From: Bacteroidales bacterium
GTDB taxonomy: Bacteria > Bacteroidota > Bacteroidia > Bacteroidales > Azobacteroidaceae
Length of the DNA: 64,000 nucleotides
Direction of reading: 5' to 3'
Assembly: GCA_031553775.1 (NCBI GenBank)
Contig: JAVBLA010000024.1
Location: forward strand, 381 to 64,380
The notes under the pieces are model-generated. The model worked only from the letters and a program-made list of their open reading frames with translations. It did no database searches and had not been told where the DNA came from. Shown here in pieces: positions 55,323 through 64,000 of the stretch. The position numbers and the translations under genes were made by a program. How positions within the stretch are numbered: the stretch's first letter is position 1; the number at the start of each line of letters is the position of its first letter.

Positions 55323-55357
55323 AATTGAAAATTGAGAATTGAGAATTGAAAATGATA
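55323..55357. repeat. tandem AATTGAR heptamers (family B) filling the kdgF-MFS intergenic gap
   Basis: AATTGAA AATTGAG AATTGAG AATTGAA AATGATA. The 16-mer ATTGAAAATGATATTT is identical to 31749..31764. Confidence 0.65.
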
Positions 55358-55364
55358 TTTATAA

Positions 55365-55715
55365 TCAGATGGTTGCGTGAAAGTCTTCACGGATCGGGCT
55401 GAACACATCGATCAGGATACCGGCTTCCAGGCATACGCATCCATGGATGATATTGGGTTCCGTATAAAAACCGTCGCCTGCCTGCAATATCTTCGTTTCG
55501 TTTCCGATGGTCATTTCAAATTTACCGGATACAACATAGGTTGTTTGAGCGTGGACATGTGCATGTTGTATGCCTATGGCACCTTTTTCAAACATGACTT
55601 TCACCATCATGATACTGTTGTCATACCCTACAAATTGGCGGGTAATTCCTTCGCCTGCGGTGTAGATTTTCTCGTCCGCTGCAATAAAGAACGGCTTACT
55701 TTGAATTTTTTCCAT
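55365..55715 (-). CDS. kdgF: cupin-domain protein KdgF-like
   Basis: 116 aa. Cupin His cluster (GIQHAHVHAQ ... HG). Position next to uronate catabolism genes. Confidence 0.75.
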   Translation of the reverse strand: MEKIQSKPFFIAADEKIYTAGEGITRQFVGYDNSIMMVKVMFEKGAIGIQHAHVHAQTTYVVSGKFEMTIGNETKILQAGDGFYTEPNIIHGCVCLEAGILIDVFSPIREDFHATI

Positions 55716-55730
55716 GATTTTATTGAATTG

Positions 55731-57866
55731 CTAATTGATTGGTATTGATACTGTTTTGTTGTCCGTAGTAGTAATCAGAAGAACCGTTTTTCCTTTTTCC
55801 GGTCCTACTGATTTTTTCTCAAACAGCCGGACCTCCTTAATATTGGAATATGGCTGAATAGTGTATTCTTCCCAGGGATTAAATTCACCGTGTGGTTCCA
55901 CGATCGAAAGAAAAACCCGGTTCGCCGTTTTTTCCCGCAACATAAATGCAGGTTCGTTTCTCAGGTTGAAATCCGGGTCGCTTGCCCCTATCCTGTTCAA
56001 ATATAATTCCGTACCGGAATCCGTAAGCGTAGTAATTGTGTAAAAGCGGTTTCCGTTGAGGAATGTCATTGCAGCAGTTTCCTTTTCACTCTTCCCTGTT
56101 GCTTCTTTCCAAAGATACTGGTATCCGTTTTTAGTACCCAAAGGCTCACGGGAAACCGTGAAAGGCGTATACTTGAAATCCGTATGGATCAATTGCCCCA
56201 GAAAATAGTAAGGCAGATCGTATTGGTGTACCTGATTGGATTCCACTTTCAGGTAATCGATCAGGAGCGGTTTTCCAAAGCCGTTTTTATCGAGAGTATC
56301 CTGATATAAGATAACGGTTCTACTCATTTTCACACCCGGGTATGCGTTGGTTTCTTCTGCAGAAACCATTTTATAAGTGGGTTTATTTACAAAGCCCGTA
56401 ATAGCCGGGGCATATTTTTCCGCAACATCGAGAACTCCGTTATAGTCGGATGTTTCATCCACCACCAGAGTATTATGGGCAATTGTTTGTTTCGCCCAGG
56501 TATCATTCTCCGGCAAATAATGTCCGCCGTTTTTCGGTTCGATATTCAGGAAACGGACGGCACCGTAATCCTGCAGGATTTCTTTTCCATTGTCATAAAA
56601 CGAAATGGAAAGTTTATCAAAATGTCCGTGTCCCATTCCCTGTGCCGTAGCTTTTAATACCACACAGGTCTGGTCGCTGGCATTTCCCATGCGCAGGACT
56701 CCTATTCCTCCGTCTTTTCCGTCGACACCGTCACGTATCAGAGAAGTGCGAAGAACAAACGGTTGTTCCTTATTCCGGTTAATATCACGCGCCACCTGCA
56801 AGCCGGCATCACTCAATATCACCTGGTTCTGTTCGCGGGCGATACTCAACAAAGAAGCATCTTTCGTAACATGGTAAACTATATCCACCCCGTAGACCAG
56901 TTCTATACTGTGCCAGGTTTTATCCAGGGCATCATTCAGATGAAAAAATTGTCCGTCGGTGTAGGCCAGTTGCAGAGAGGTCTGAACCGCTTTAACCAGG
57001 ATACTATCCCGGTAAGCAAAAATATTCCGTACAGGTTCATTGTTTTGAATGGCCTGTGCAAACAGGATGAACGGTTGCAGTGAATACCGTTGATAGTAAG
57101 GACCTTCCTTGAAATATCCGTCCGGAGAAAACAGCAAATCTATTTGACGGAGGAAACCTGTTTTCCCGTCTTTTTTAGAACCCAGGAGCGCTTTTTCCAC
57201 CAGGTTGTTATCTTTCATTACATAACCGATCATTCCAACCCCGGCTGTAGCCCAGGTAGCATGGTTATGAATTTTATTGAATGTAGCAGAATTATCTTCC
57301 GAGATGAATTTCACCATTGGGTAAAAAAGGTTTTGTTCGATATTTTTTCTTTCTTCCGGTGAAAGAAAATCATAGATACAATCGTATGCCTGGGCCGTGT
57401 GTACCAGCCAGACACATTCGTTGAGTCCCTGCCAGAAAAGTTTTCCGCGATAATTCGATTTCTGTACCGGATGTAAAGGCAGGGCCGGATACATCCTGGC
57501 ATATTCTATCAGCATCCGTTTTACAAATGCAGCATATTTGGGATCTTTGTATACCTGATACAAAACACCGGCCTGCTGCATTTGCACATAATTTTTCTTA
57601 TGACATTCATGTGTATAGCCCCCTCCCGCATCTTTAGGCAGCGGAACATTGACCGGTTGCAAAACAGCAACATCTATTTCAGCTTTTGCATCCCCAAGTA
57701 TCCGGTCGAACAAGGGAGCATCTCCCAGGTTCTTCTGGATTTCACCTGCTCCATTTTTGGTAAGAATCAGGCAGGGATGTTCTTGTGCCGCAGAGAATTG
57801 TATGGCGGAAACCCAAAACATAGCCGCACAAATCAAGCTGTAGATAGATGTCTGTTTTTTGTACAT
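55731..57866 (-). CDS. PL17-like oligoalginate lyase (alginate-lyase N-domain plus heparinase II/III-like C-domain)
   Basis: ATG at 57866, signal peptide. N-terminal HPCLILTKNG, alpha/alpha-toroid-like helices, then MGHGHFDKLS typical of the heparinase II/III domain. About 711 aa. Confidence 0.75.
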   Translation of the reverse strand: MYKKQTSIYSLICAAMFWVSAIQFSAAQEHPCLILTKNGAGEIQKNLGDAPLFDRILGDAKAEIDVAVLQPVNVPLPKDAGGGYTHECHKKNYVQMQQAGVLYQVYKDPKYAAFVKRMLIEYARMYPALPLHPVQKSNYRGKLFWQGLNECVWLVHTAQAYDCIYDFLSPEERKNIEQNLFYPMVKFISEDNSATFNKIHNHATWATAGVGMIGYVMKDNNLVEKALLGSKKDGKTGFLRQIDLLFSPDGYFKEGPYYQRYSLQPFILFAQAIQNNEPVRNIFAYRDSILVKAVQTSLQLAYTDGQFFHLNDALDKTWHSIELVYGVDIVYHVTKDASLLSIAREQNQVILSDAGLQVARDINRNKEQPFVLRTSLIRDGVDGKDGGIGVLRMGNASDQTCVVLKATAQGMGHGHFDKLSISFYDNGKEILQDYGAVRFLNIEPKNGGHYLPENDTWAKQTIAHNTLVVDETSDYNGVLDVAEKYAPAITGFVNKPTYKMVSAEETNAYPGVKMSRTVILYQDTLDKNGFGKPLLIDYLKVESNQVHQYDLPYYFLGQLIHTDFKYTPFTVSREPLGTKNGYQYLWKEATGKSEKETAAMTFLNGNRFYTITTLTDSGTELYLNRIGASDPDFNLRNEPAFMLREKTANRVFLSIVEPHGEFNPWEEYTIQPYSNIKEVRLFEKKSVGPEKGKTVLLITTTDNKTVSIPIN

Positions 57867-57882
57867 AATGTCTGTTATTCTG

Positions 57883-58623
57883 TTACGCCGTTCCCGACGC
57901 AAGCATTTTTTCTGAAACAATTTGAGAACGGGCGTATTCCATAACCCCTTTCAGATGTTGGACCATCATGGTTACAGCCGCTTCTTCATCCCGGTTGCGA
58001 ATATATTCGAGCAGCAGACGGTGTTCCATGGCAGCCACCGAGCGCTGCGTTGTATCGCAACAAGTTTTATATTTCCTGTAATTCGTCATAATATCCGGCG
58101 CAATAATCAACATCATCGATTTCATTACCTGATTTTTAGAAGCTTCGGCTATCTGCCTGTGAAAACATAAATCTTCTTCTACCGCAGGAGTACCTGTTTT
58201 AATTTTGTTTTCATAAGCCTCTATCCAGTTTTCTATCTGTTGCAGGTCTTCTTCATCTCTTCGCTGGCAGGCTAATCGCACAATACTGGTTTCCAATATC
58301 AGACGGGACTCTGCCAATGAATAAAAATCGTAAGTTTCGATGTGCAATGCATCTGAGATTAATCCTTCCAATGCGGAAATATCCAATCCGGCGACAAAAG
58401 TTCCACTTTGAGGCAGGGTTTTCAGAATTCCGTAGAATTCCAGTTTTTTGATCGCCTCACGCACATGTGTGCGACCTACCCCGAATTTTTCTGCCAATTT
58501 ACGTTCTGAAAGAAGCCTGTCGCCCGGACTTAGCTGACCCGTATTCAGCAAATGTTTCAATTGCCTGATGATCGAATCTACCGGTTTCTCTGTATCTACT
58601 GGTTTGTTAATTGTTAGTTCCAT
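57883..58623 (-). CDS. GntR/FadR-family transcriptional regulator
   Basis: Winged HTH LLSERKLAEKFGVGRTHVREAIKKLEFYGIL followed by an FCD-type all-helical ligand domain. Confidence 0.88.
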   Translation of the reverse strand: MELTINKPVDTEKPVDSIIRQLKHLLNTGQLSPGDRLLSERKLAEKFGVGRTHVREAIKKLEFYGILKTLPQSGTFVAGLDISALEGLISDALHIETYDFYSLAESRLILETSIVRLACQRRDEEDLQQIENWIEAYENKIKTGTPAVEEDLCFHRQIAEASKNQVMKSMMLIIAPDIMTNYRKYKTCCDTTQRSVAAMEHRLLLEYIRNRDEEAAVTMMVQHLKGVMEYARSQIVSEKMLASGTA

Positions 58624-58654
58624 AACATTTTGAGCCTTTTAATTTTTCAAACAG

Positions 58655-58662
58655 CAAAGGTA
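58655..58662 (-). promoter_or_regulatory. putative -7 box (TACCTTTG on minus strand) for GntR-led catabolic operon
   Basis: TAnnTTTG match 31 nt upstream of the ATG at 58623. Confidence 0.5.
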
Positions 58663-58706
58663 CGAAATTATCACCTCTAAAGACTGTTAAATAAAAAGAA
58701 CACTTA

Positions 58707-58745
58707 TTGGTTTACCAAAGTGGTCTGCCAAATTGGTCTGCCAAA
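58707..58745. promoter_or_regulatory. three TTGGTnnACCAA-like boxes (putative GntR operators O1-O3)
   Basis: TTGGTTTACCAA (58707..58718), GTGGTCTGCCAA (58720..58731), TTGGTCTGCCAA (58733..58744). Confidence 0.5.
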
Positions 58746-58931
58746 AGTATGGAAGATTTTTAAATGAAAAAAATTTTTAATGAAAATATTTACCATCAAA
58801 AAACATGTTGTTAAACATGTTTTTAATTAATATACTGATATACAAATAATTATAAGCTATTTTTAATGCTTTGACAATCATTGAGACAAAAATATTAATA
58901 TTAAATCGAACGGTTTAGAAAAATGTTTATT

Positions 58932-58939
58932 TATATTTG
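58932..58939 (+). promoter_or_regulatory. putative -7 box (TATATTTG) for susC/susD
   Basis: TAnnTTTG match immediately upstream of operator-like palindrome O4; about 200 nt upstream of the susC-like ATG. Confidence 0.4.
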
Positions 58940-58948
58940 CAGCAAAAT

Positions 58949-59004
58949 AATTGGTTCACCAATTGAATAAATAAAAATAAACACACATAATTGGTTATCC
59001 AATT
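58949..59004. promoter_or_regulatory. two 16-nt palindromes (putative GntR operators O4, O5)
   Basis: AATTGGTTCACCAATT (58949..58964) and AATTGGTTATCCAATT (58989..59004), 40 nt apart centre to centre. Confidence 0.55.
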
Positions 59005-59141
59005 AATCATACATAAGGCTTAAAATATTTAATTGTTATAGTATATATGTACCATAATATAATAAAGGCGAAATTTAGAACATATAAGGAGTGTCAGAAA
59101 ACAATTTTCAGAACAATTTAATATCATGTAAAAAAAATCCT

Positions 59142-62100
59142 ATGAACAAGATCAGATTTTCTTTGATGGGTAGACTGGAATATGCCTTGTTAATACTTGG
59201 CATCTTTCTTTGTTCGGTACCTGCATTAACGGCAGCCCCGGCTGGAATACAGCAACAGCCTGCCATAACGGGTACGGTGGTAGACGCAGGCAATATGCCT
59301 TTGATCGGGGTAACGGTATCGATACCGGGCACCACTACCGGTACTGTTACGGATATAGACGGGAATTACAAAATTACGGTGCCAGATACGAAAGCCGTGC
59401 TACAGTTTTCCTTTATGGGTTATAATACAAAATCCGTCACAGTAGGTTCTCAAACTACAATTAATGTAATACTGGAGGAGGATACCAAATTACTCGACGA
59501 AGTAGTAGTGGTTGGATATGGTGTGCAAAAAAAATCGCATCTTACAGGTTCCATCGCTAAACTGAACACCGAAGGTTTGGAAGATCTTCCCGTTACACGC
59601 GCCGACCAGGCTCTGCAGGGAAAAATTGCCGGGGTTAATATACAAAATGTGACTTCCGAAGCCGGGGTAGCTCCTCAAATCCGTGTCAGGGGAATCGGAT
59701 CGATCAGTGCGAATGCAACACCTCTTGTAGTAGTCGACGGTTATCCCGTAGCCGATGGTTTATCTTTCGTTGAAATGGCCGATGTCGAATCTATTGAAGT
59801 TCTGAAGGATGCCGCCTCTGCCGCTATCTACGGTTCCAGGGCGGCTAACGGTGTGATCCTGGTAACTACCAAAAGCGCCAAGATCAACAAGCCGAAATAC
59901 ACTTTCAACACTTATCATGGGGTTAAAACGCCGTATAAGCTGAATCCTATCATGAAATACAGCGACTATGTAAAAATGCTCTATCAGAATGCAGCCAACG
60001 GCGGAGTCGATTATGCCGGAAACGCTGAAAAAACCGGATATATCCTCGCTACTCAGATTATAGGCGATGAAGTGGATTATCAGAAAGAAGCCTTGAGAGA
60101 TGAAGCGTGGATTCACAATTATCAGTTGAATATTTCAGGTGGAACTAAAGAAGTGAAATATTTCTTGTCAGGCAACTATACCTCTGAAGACGGTATCATG
60201 AAGAGAAATATTTACGACAAACTCAGTCTCCGGGCCAAATTAGACGCCACACTGAGCAAAGCTGTAAGCATAGGAATCAATATGAACCCTACCTATTCAA
60301 AAAGAGAACGCCCCAGCAATAACTTCACGGATTACACCCGCTTCTATTCCTGGGTACCGGTACGCTATACCGCCGAACTGGCCGAATATGTAAGTTCTGT
60401 AGGACAATTTAATGTATCGGAAGGCGATTATGCCCATCCCCGTCATTTTTCCAACTGGAAACCAGGTTCATACAATGGAATTCTTCCGGATGGAACAGAA
60501 TTCATTTCTACCGCAAGTAATATTACGCCCTGGTCTTCACAGAACAATAACCCGGTGGCCATCCTTAACGGAGACACACGCCAGAGAAACGAATACCGGA
60601 TGATGTCTAACAGTTACATCAATATCAACTTAATGAAAGATCTCGTATTCAGGTCTACCCAGGGTGTGTATGCCAATTACAGCGAAAATAATGAATTTAT
60701 AGCTTATGGAGCCAAGAAAGAAGGCGAACCGAGTGTGGGAACTTATTACAACCAATTGATCATAGGACTACTTACAGAAAACACCCTGACATACGATCTG
60801 ACTGTAAATAAAGATCACAAACTGAATATCCTGGCCGGGTTCTCCTATCAACGAACCGACACCAAATTAGCAGGAATACAGGGTACCGACTATGCATCGG
60901 ACGCCATTCCATCATTGGATTACGCCAATACTTTCCTAAAAAATGGTACATACACCAAAGAACTACCACCTGATGAACTGTACTCTGTTCTCGGACGTGT
61001 CAACTACTCTTTTCAGGATAGGTACTTGCTTTCAGTAAGTTTTCGTTCAGACTATAGCTCCAAACTGGCACCGGGATATCGTTGGAGCAGCTTCCCCTCT
61101 GTTTCTTTAGGATGGAGACTTTCAGAAGAAAAATTCATGGAATCGCTTACATTTCTTTCCAACGCAAAAATCCGCGCCAGCTACGGAGTGACCGGAAACA
61201 ATGCCATTGAAGATTATGCTTACGACAACCCGCTTTATACTGCGAACTATTCTTTAGGCAACGGAACGGGGAGCCTAATTCCTGGCCTCGCCTTGGGAAC
61301 AACACTGGGTAACAGCACACTGGGTTGGGAAAAAACGAACGAGACCAATGTCGGTATCGATCTCGGATTCATCAATAACAGAATCTCTCTTACTTTCGAT
61401 TACTACTATTCCATCACCGACCAGATGCTGTTCAAACAACCTTCGCTCAGCTTTGCCGGCTTTGTAGACCATTGGAACAATATCGGACAGGTCCGCAACA
61501 AAGGGGTGGAAATAGAATTGAACACCATCAATGTTATGAATAAAAAATTCCAATGGGAAACTACTTTCAATATTTCGGCCAACAAAAACAGATTATTGGA
61601 ACTCGGAGGTGAAGCTGCCCAATATTATACCGGAGAAAGGAATGAAATGTATGCTGCTATCGTAGGAGGCCCGTCTATACAGTACTTCGGATATAAAACC
61701 GACGGAGTATGGTCGCAAGAAGAAGTAAACGCCTTCGGAACCGGTACGGAAGCCGACAAAAACCGGGTCAAAATGTATGCGGTTGCAGGAGGGCTGAAAG
61801 TGGTAGACCAGAATAAAGACGGCAAGATCGATGCCAGCGACCGTGTAGTATTCGATGCCAATCCTTTCCCGGAATTCACCTGGGGTCTCACGAACAAACT
61901 TACTTACAGAAATTTCGATATGAGCTTCATGTTCCAGGGAGTACAGGGAAACAGCATTGTCAACGGGGATATTTTCTACAATGAAAACAAGCGATTCAAC
62001 GAACATTTTGCAAACAACCAATGGGTATCGGATGTATTTCCGGGCGATGGAAAAACGCCGAATGCCCGTGCCGGCGGTATGGACTGGATGCTGACCGATT

Positions 62101-62375
62101 TTGCAATCGAAGACGGATCTTATATCGCACTCCGTGATATTTCTTTAGGCTACAAGCTTCCTGCAAAAAGCGCTAAGAAAATGCATCTGAAAGGATTAAG
62201 AGTTTATGGAACCGCGCAAAATCTATTATACATCATGAGTAATGACTACCGGGGGATCAATCCTGAATATAAATATACCAGTGATACCTACGCCTCTCCT
62301 TTCATGGATGGCTACCAACGGGGAGCATTTCCTTTACAGAGAGCTTATACTTTAGGATTGCAATTAACTTTCTAA
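59142..62375 (+). CDS. SusC/RagA-family TonB-dependent outer-membrane transporter
   Basis: ATG at 59142 (MNKIRFSLMG...). Carboxypeptidase-regulatory-like domain (ITGTVVDAGNMPLIGVTVSIPG), TonB box DEVVVVGYG, plug and a large barrel ending LGLQLTF. Confidence 0.92.
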   Translation: MNKIRFSLMGRLEYALLILGIFLCSVPALTAAPAGIQQQPAITGTVVDAGNMPLIGVTVSIPGTTTGTVTDIDGNYKITVPDTKAVLQFSFMGYNTKSVTVGSQTTINVILEEDTKLLDEVVVVGYGVQKKSHLTGSIAKLNTEGLEDLPVTRADQALQGKIAGVNIQNVTSEAGVAPQIRVRGIGSISANATPLVVVDGYPVADGLSFVEMADVESIEVLKDAASAAIYGSRAANGVILVTTKSAKINKPKYTFNTYHGVKTPYKLNPIMKYSDYVKMLYQNAANGGVDYAGNAEKTGYILATQIIGDEVDYQKEALRDEAWIHNYQLNISGGTKEVKYFLSGNYTSEDGIMKRNIYDKLSLRAKLDATLSKAVSIGINMNPTYSKRERPSNNFTDYTRFYSWVPVRYTAELAEYVSSVGQFNVSEGDYAHPRHFSNWKPGSYNGILPDGTEFISTASNITPWSSQNNNPVAILNGDTRQRNEYRMMSNSYININLMKDLVFRSTQGVYANYSENNEFIAYGAKKEGEPSVGTYYNQLIIGLLTENTLTYDLTVNKDHKLNILAGFSYQRTDTKLAGIQGTDYASDAIPSLDYANTFLKNGTYTKELPPDELYSVLGRVNYSFQDRYLLSVSFRSDYSSKLAPGYRWSSFPSVSLGWRLSEEKFMESLTFLSNAKIRASYGVTGNNAIEDYAYDNPLYTANYSLGNGTGSLIPGLALGTTLGNSTLGWEKTNETNVGIDLGFINNRISLTFDYYYSITDQMLFKQPSLSFAGFVDHWNNIGQVRNKGVEIELNTINVMNKKFQWETTFNISANKNRLLELGGEAAQYYTGERNEMYAAIVGGPSIQYFGYKTDGVWSQEEVNAFGTGTEADKNRVKMYAVAGGLKVVDQNKDGKIDASDRVVFDANPFPEFTWGLTNKLTYRNFDMSFMFQGVQGNSIVNGDIFYNENKRFNEHFANNQWVSDVFPGDGKTPNARAGGMDWMLTDFAIEDGSYIALRDISLGYKLPAKSAKKMHLKGLRVYGTAQNLLYIMSNDYRGINPEYKYTSDTYASPFMDGYQRGAFPLQRAYTLGLQLTF

Positions 62376-62386
62376 ATTTAAAAATC

Positions 62387-63883
62387 ATGAAGACAAAGAT
62401 AAAAAATATACTGTATCCGATCATGATATCCATCCTGGTCTTCTGCTACGGATGTGAAGACGCCGATTACACCCAGATACTGCTGGACAAACAGGTGCCT
62501 ACGAATGAAAAAGATGTGGTTGCCCTGTTGATCGGCAGTTACAACGGGCTTCGTACTCCTCTCAATACCGAATGGATGATGACAGAACTGAGAAGCGACA
62601 ACTCTTACCAGTATTCGGTTAATTCCACCAATACCACCAACCTGGAATTCAACGATCTGGATATGTTCAGGCCGATGACTACCAATACACAGGTATATCA
62701 ATATTGGGGAGATGTTTTCAGAAATATCCGTAATGCCAACCTGGTATTAAAATACCTGGATCTGGTAGAAAATGAAAGCGACAGAAACCAATATGAAGGT
62801 GAGATGCGCTTTATCAGGGCCTATCACTATTATAATCTGGTACAATTGTTCGGACCGGTACCTCTCGTGACCAAATATATCAGTACTGAAGAAGCACAGA
62901 AAATAAACCGTTCGTCTGTAAGTGCTGTTTATGCCCAGATTATCGATGACCTGCAAACTGCCGGGAATCTCAAAGGCGACACCTATCTGCCGAAAAAATA
63001 TACCGATAATTCGGATCTGGGACGAGTGACCGAATGGAGTGCAAAAACTTTATTAGCTAAAGTTTACCTGATTCAAAAGAATTATGATGCAGCCAGAACA
63101 ATTTTACTGGATATCAAAAATTACAGTGACGCACATAGCAATGAAATCGGGCTGATGGAGAACTATGCCGATGTTTTTTCCACCATTAACGAGATGAGTA
63201 AAGAAACCATTTTCGCCATTCGTTTCAAATCCGGTCCGGGGAATGAAGGAAACCCGTTGGCCAACAGATTCAGTCCAGCCAGCTCGGGAGATAAATACAT
63301 TATCGGCGATGGAAACAGTTACAACTATCCGTCGGACGACTTGATGAAAAATGTTTTCGAAGACAACGATGCCAGAAAAGCAGTTACCATTGACGCAACC
63401 AACCGCTTCGTCAAAAAATATTTCTCGCAGGTAAAACGGAAAGATGATGCAGAAAACGATTGGCAGGTACTGCGATACTCCGATGTGATACTGATGCTGG
63501 GAGAAGTAGAAAACGAATTATCAGGTCCCTCTGCCGGACTTCCTTATCTGAATCAGATAAGATTCCGTGCAGGACTTGGCACCCTGACCTCTACCGACAT
63601 CCCCAGTCAGTCGGCTTTCCGCTTAGCCATGGAAAAAGAACGCCGTGCCGAATTTGCTTTCGAAAACCAGCGTTTTTACGATCTGGTCAGAACTAACCGT
63701 TTGATCCCCGTCATGAATAATCAATTTTTCGTAACGGAAAGAGGCTGGTATGCCAGCTACGGCTCCGGCACACAAGGCCCGGCATTCGCATCTGTTCCGG
63801 AAGAAAAAATTCTTTTGCCCATTCCGCAAAAAGAAATCGACACCAGCACGGAGTTCATTCTTACGCAAAACTATGGTTATTGA
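62387..63883 (+). CDS. SusD/RagB-family nutrient-binding lipoprotein
   Basis: Lipobox LVFCYGC, TPR-like helices, RAYHYYNLVQLFGPVPL and ERRAEFAFENQRFYDLVR signatures. Immediately follows SusC. Confidence 0.9.
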   Translation: MKTKIKNILYPIMISILVFCYGCEDADYTQILLDKQVPTNEKDVVALLIGSYNGLRTPLNTEWMMTELRSDNSYQYSVNSTNTTNLEFNDLDMFRPMTTNTQVYQYWGDVFRNIRNANLVLKYLDLVENESDRNQYEGEMRFIRAYHYYNLVQLFGPVPLVTKYISTEEAQKINRSSVSAVYAQIIDDLQTAGNLKGDTYLPKKYTDNSDLGRVTEWSAKTLLAKVYLIQKNYDAARTILLDIKNYSDAHSNEIGLMENYADVFSTINEMSKETIFAIRFKSGPGNEGNPLANRFSPASSGDKYIIGDGNSYNYPSDDLMKNVFEDNDARKAVTIDATNRFVKKYFSQVKRKDDAENDWQVLRYSDVILMLGEVENELSGPSAGLPYLNQIRFRAGLGTLTSTDIPSQSAFRLAMEKERRAEFAFENQRFYDLVRTNRLIPVMNNQFFVTERGWYASYGSGTQGPAFASVPEEKILLPIPQKEIDTSTEFILTQNYGY

Positions 63884-63910
63884 TTATCCAAAATGCAAAA
63901 TATTACAGTC

Positions 63911-64000
63911 ATGAAATATTTCAAATATTATATTTTTCCGCTTTTCAGTCTCTGCCTGCTGTTGTCAGCCTGTGACGAGACGTTACATATCAATGAAAAC
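63911..64000 (+). CDS. lipoprotein, 3-prime end cut by window edge (PUL-associated surface protein candidate)
   Basis: ATG at 63911 gives MKYFKYYIFPLFSLCLLLSACDETLHINEN with a lipobox. Open to the window end. Confidence 0.45.
   Translation, partial: MKYFKYYIFPLFSLCLLLSACDETLHINEN

Noticed and set aside
40849-64000. PUL carried on a mobile element or genomic island
   Set aside because: There is no integrase, transposase, tRNA target, conjugation gene or flanking direct repeat in the window. By eye, composition is similar to the neighbouring housekeeping genes.

Overview
64-kb chromosomal segment with clear Bacteroidota hallmarks: a SusC/SusD pair, type IX secretion (T9SS) C-terminal sorting domains, type III glutamine synthetase, and TAnnTTTG-type -7 promoter boxes upstream of many starts. 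I support 45 CDSs. I saw no rRNA or tRNA genes, no CRISPR array, and no transposase, integrase or phage genes. Layout: (i) 1-22.4 kb holds housekeeping and envelope genes: porin-like barrels and lipoproteins, glnN divergent from an ECF sigma / anti-sigma-like / Spy-like triad, a Gfo/Idh/MocA oxidoreductase, an EF-G paralog whose switch-II catalytic His is replaced by Ser, hemW, a CYTH protein, an Smr-domain protein, queA, a TPR/beta-propeller/OmpA protein, fbaB, metY and a beta-CASP MBL protein. (ii) 22.5-36.4 kb is a six-gene minus-strand operon made only of exported proteins: a 1489-aa orphan giant, an FN3 protein, a SprB-repeat T9SS cargo, a lipoprotein, a PKD lipoprotein and a 573-aa OM barrel. 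It matches no named system I know and is my best candidate for an undescribed cell-surface system. (iii) 36.6-40.8 kb holds a lipoprotein, a BASS-family symporter, an acyltransferase and a POTRA-less Omp85 barrel. (iv) 40.8-64 kb is an alginate-type polysaccharide utilization locus (two PL6-like lyases, PL17-like lyase, KdgF, SDR, MFS, GntR, esterase, divergent SusC/SusD). It is unusual in carrying three related T9SS-tailed proteins of unknown function, and in having five TTGGTnnACCAA-like putative GntR operators in its control region. Intergenic DNA contains two families of heptamer-built palindromic repeats, a REP-like palindrome and a GC-rich 114-nt extended hairpin. All functional calls come from reading the translated ORFs for family signatures; no database search was run.
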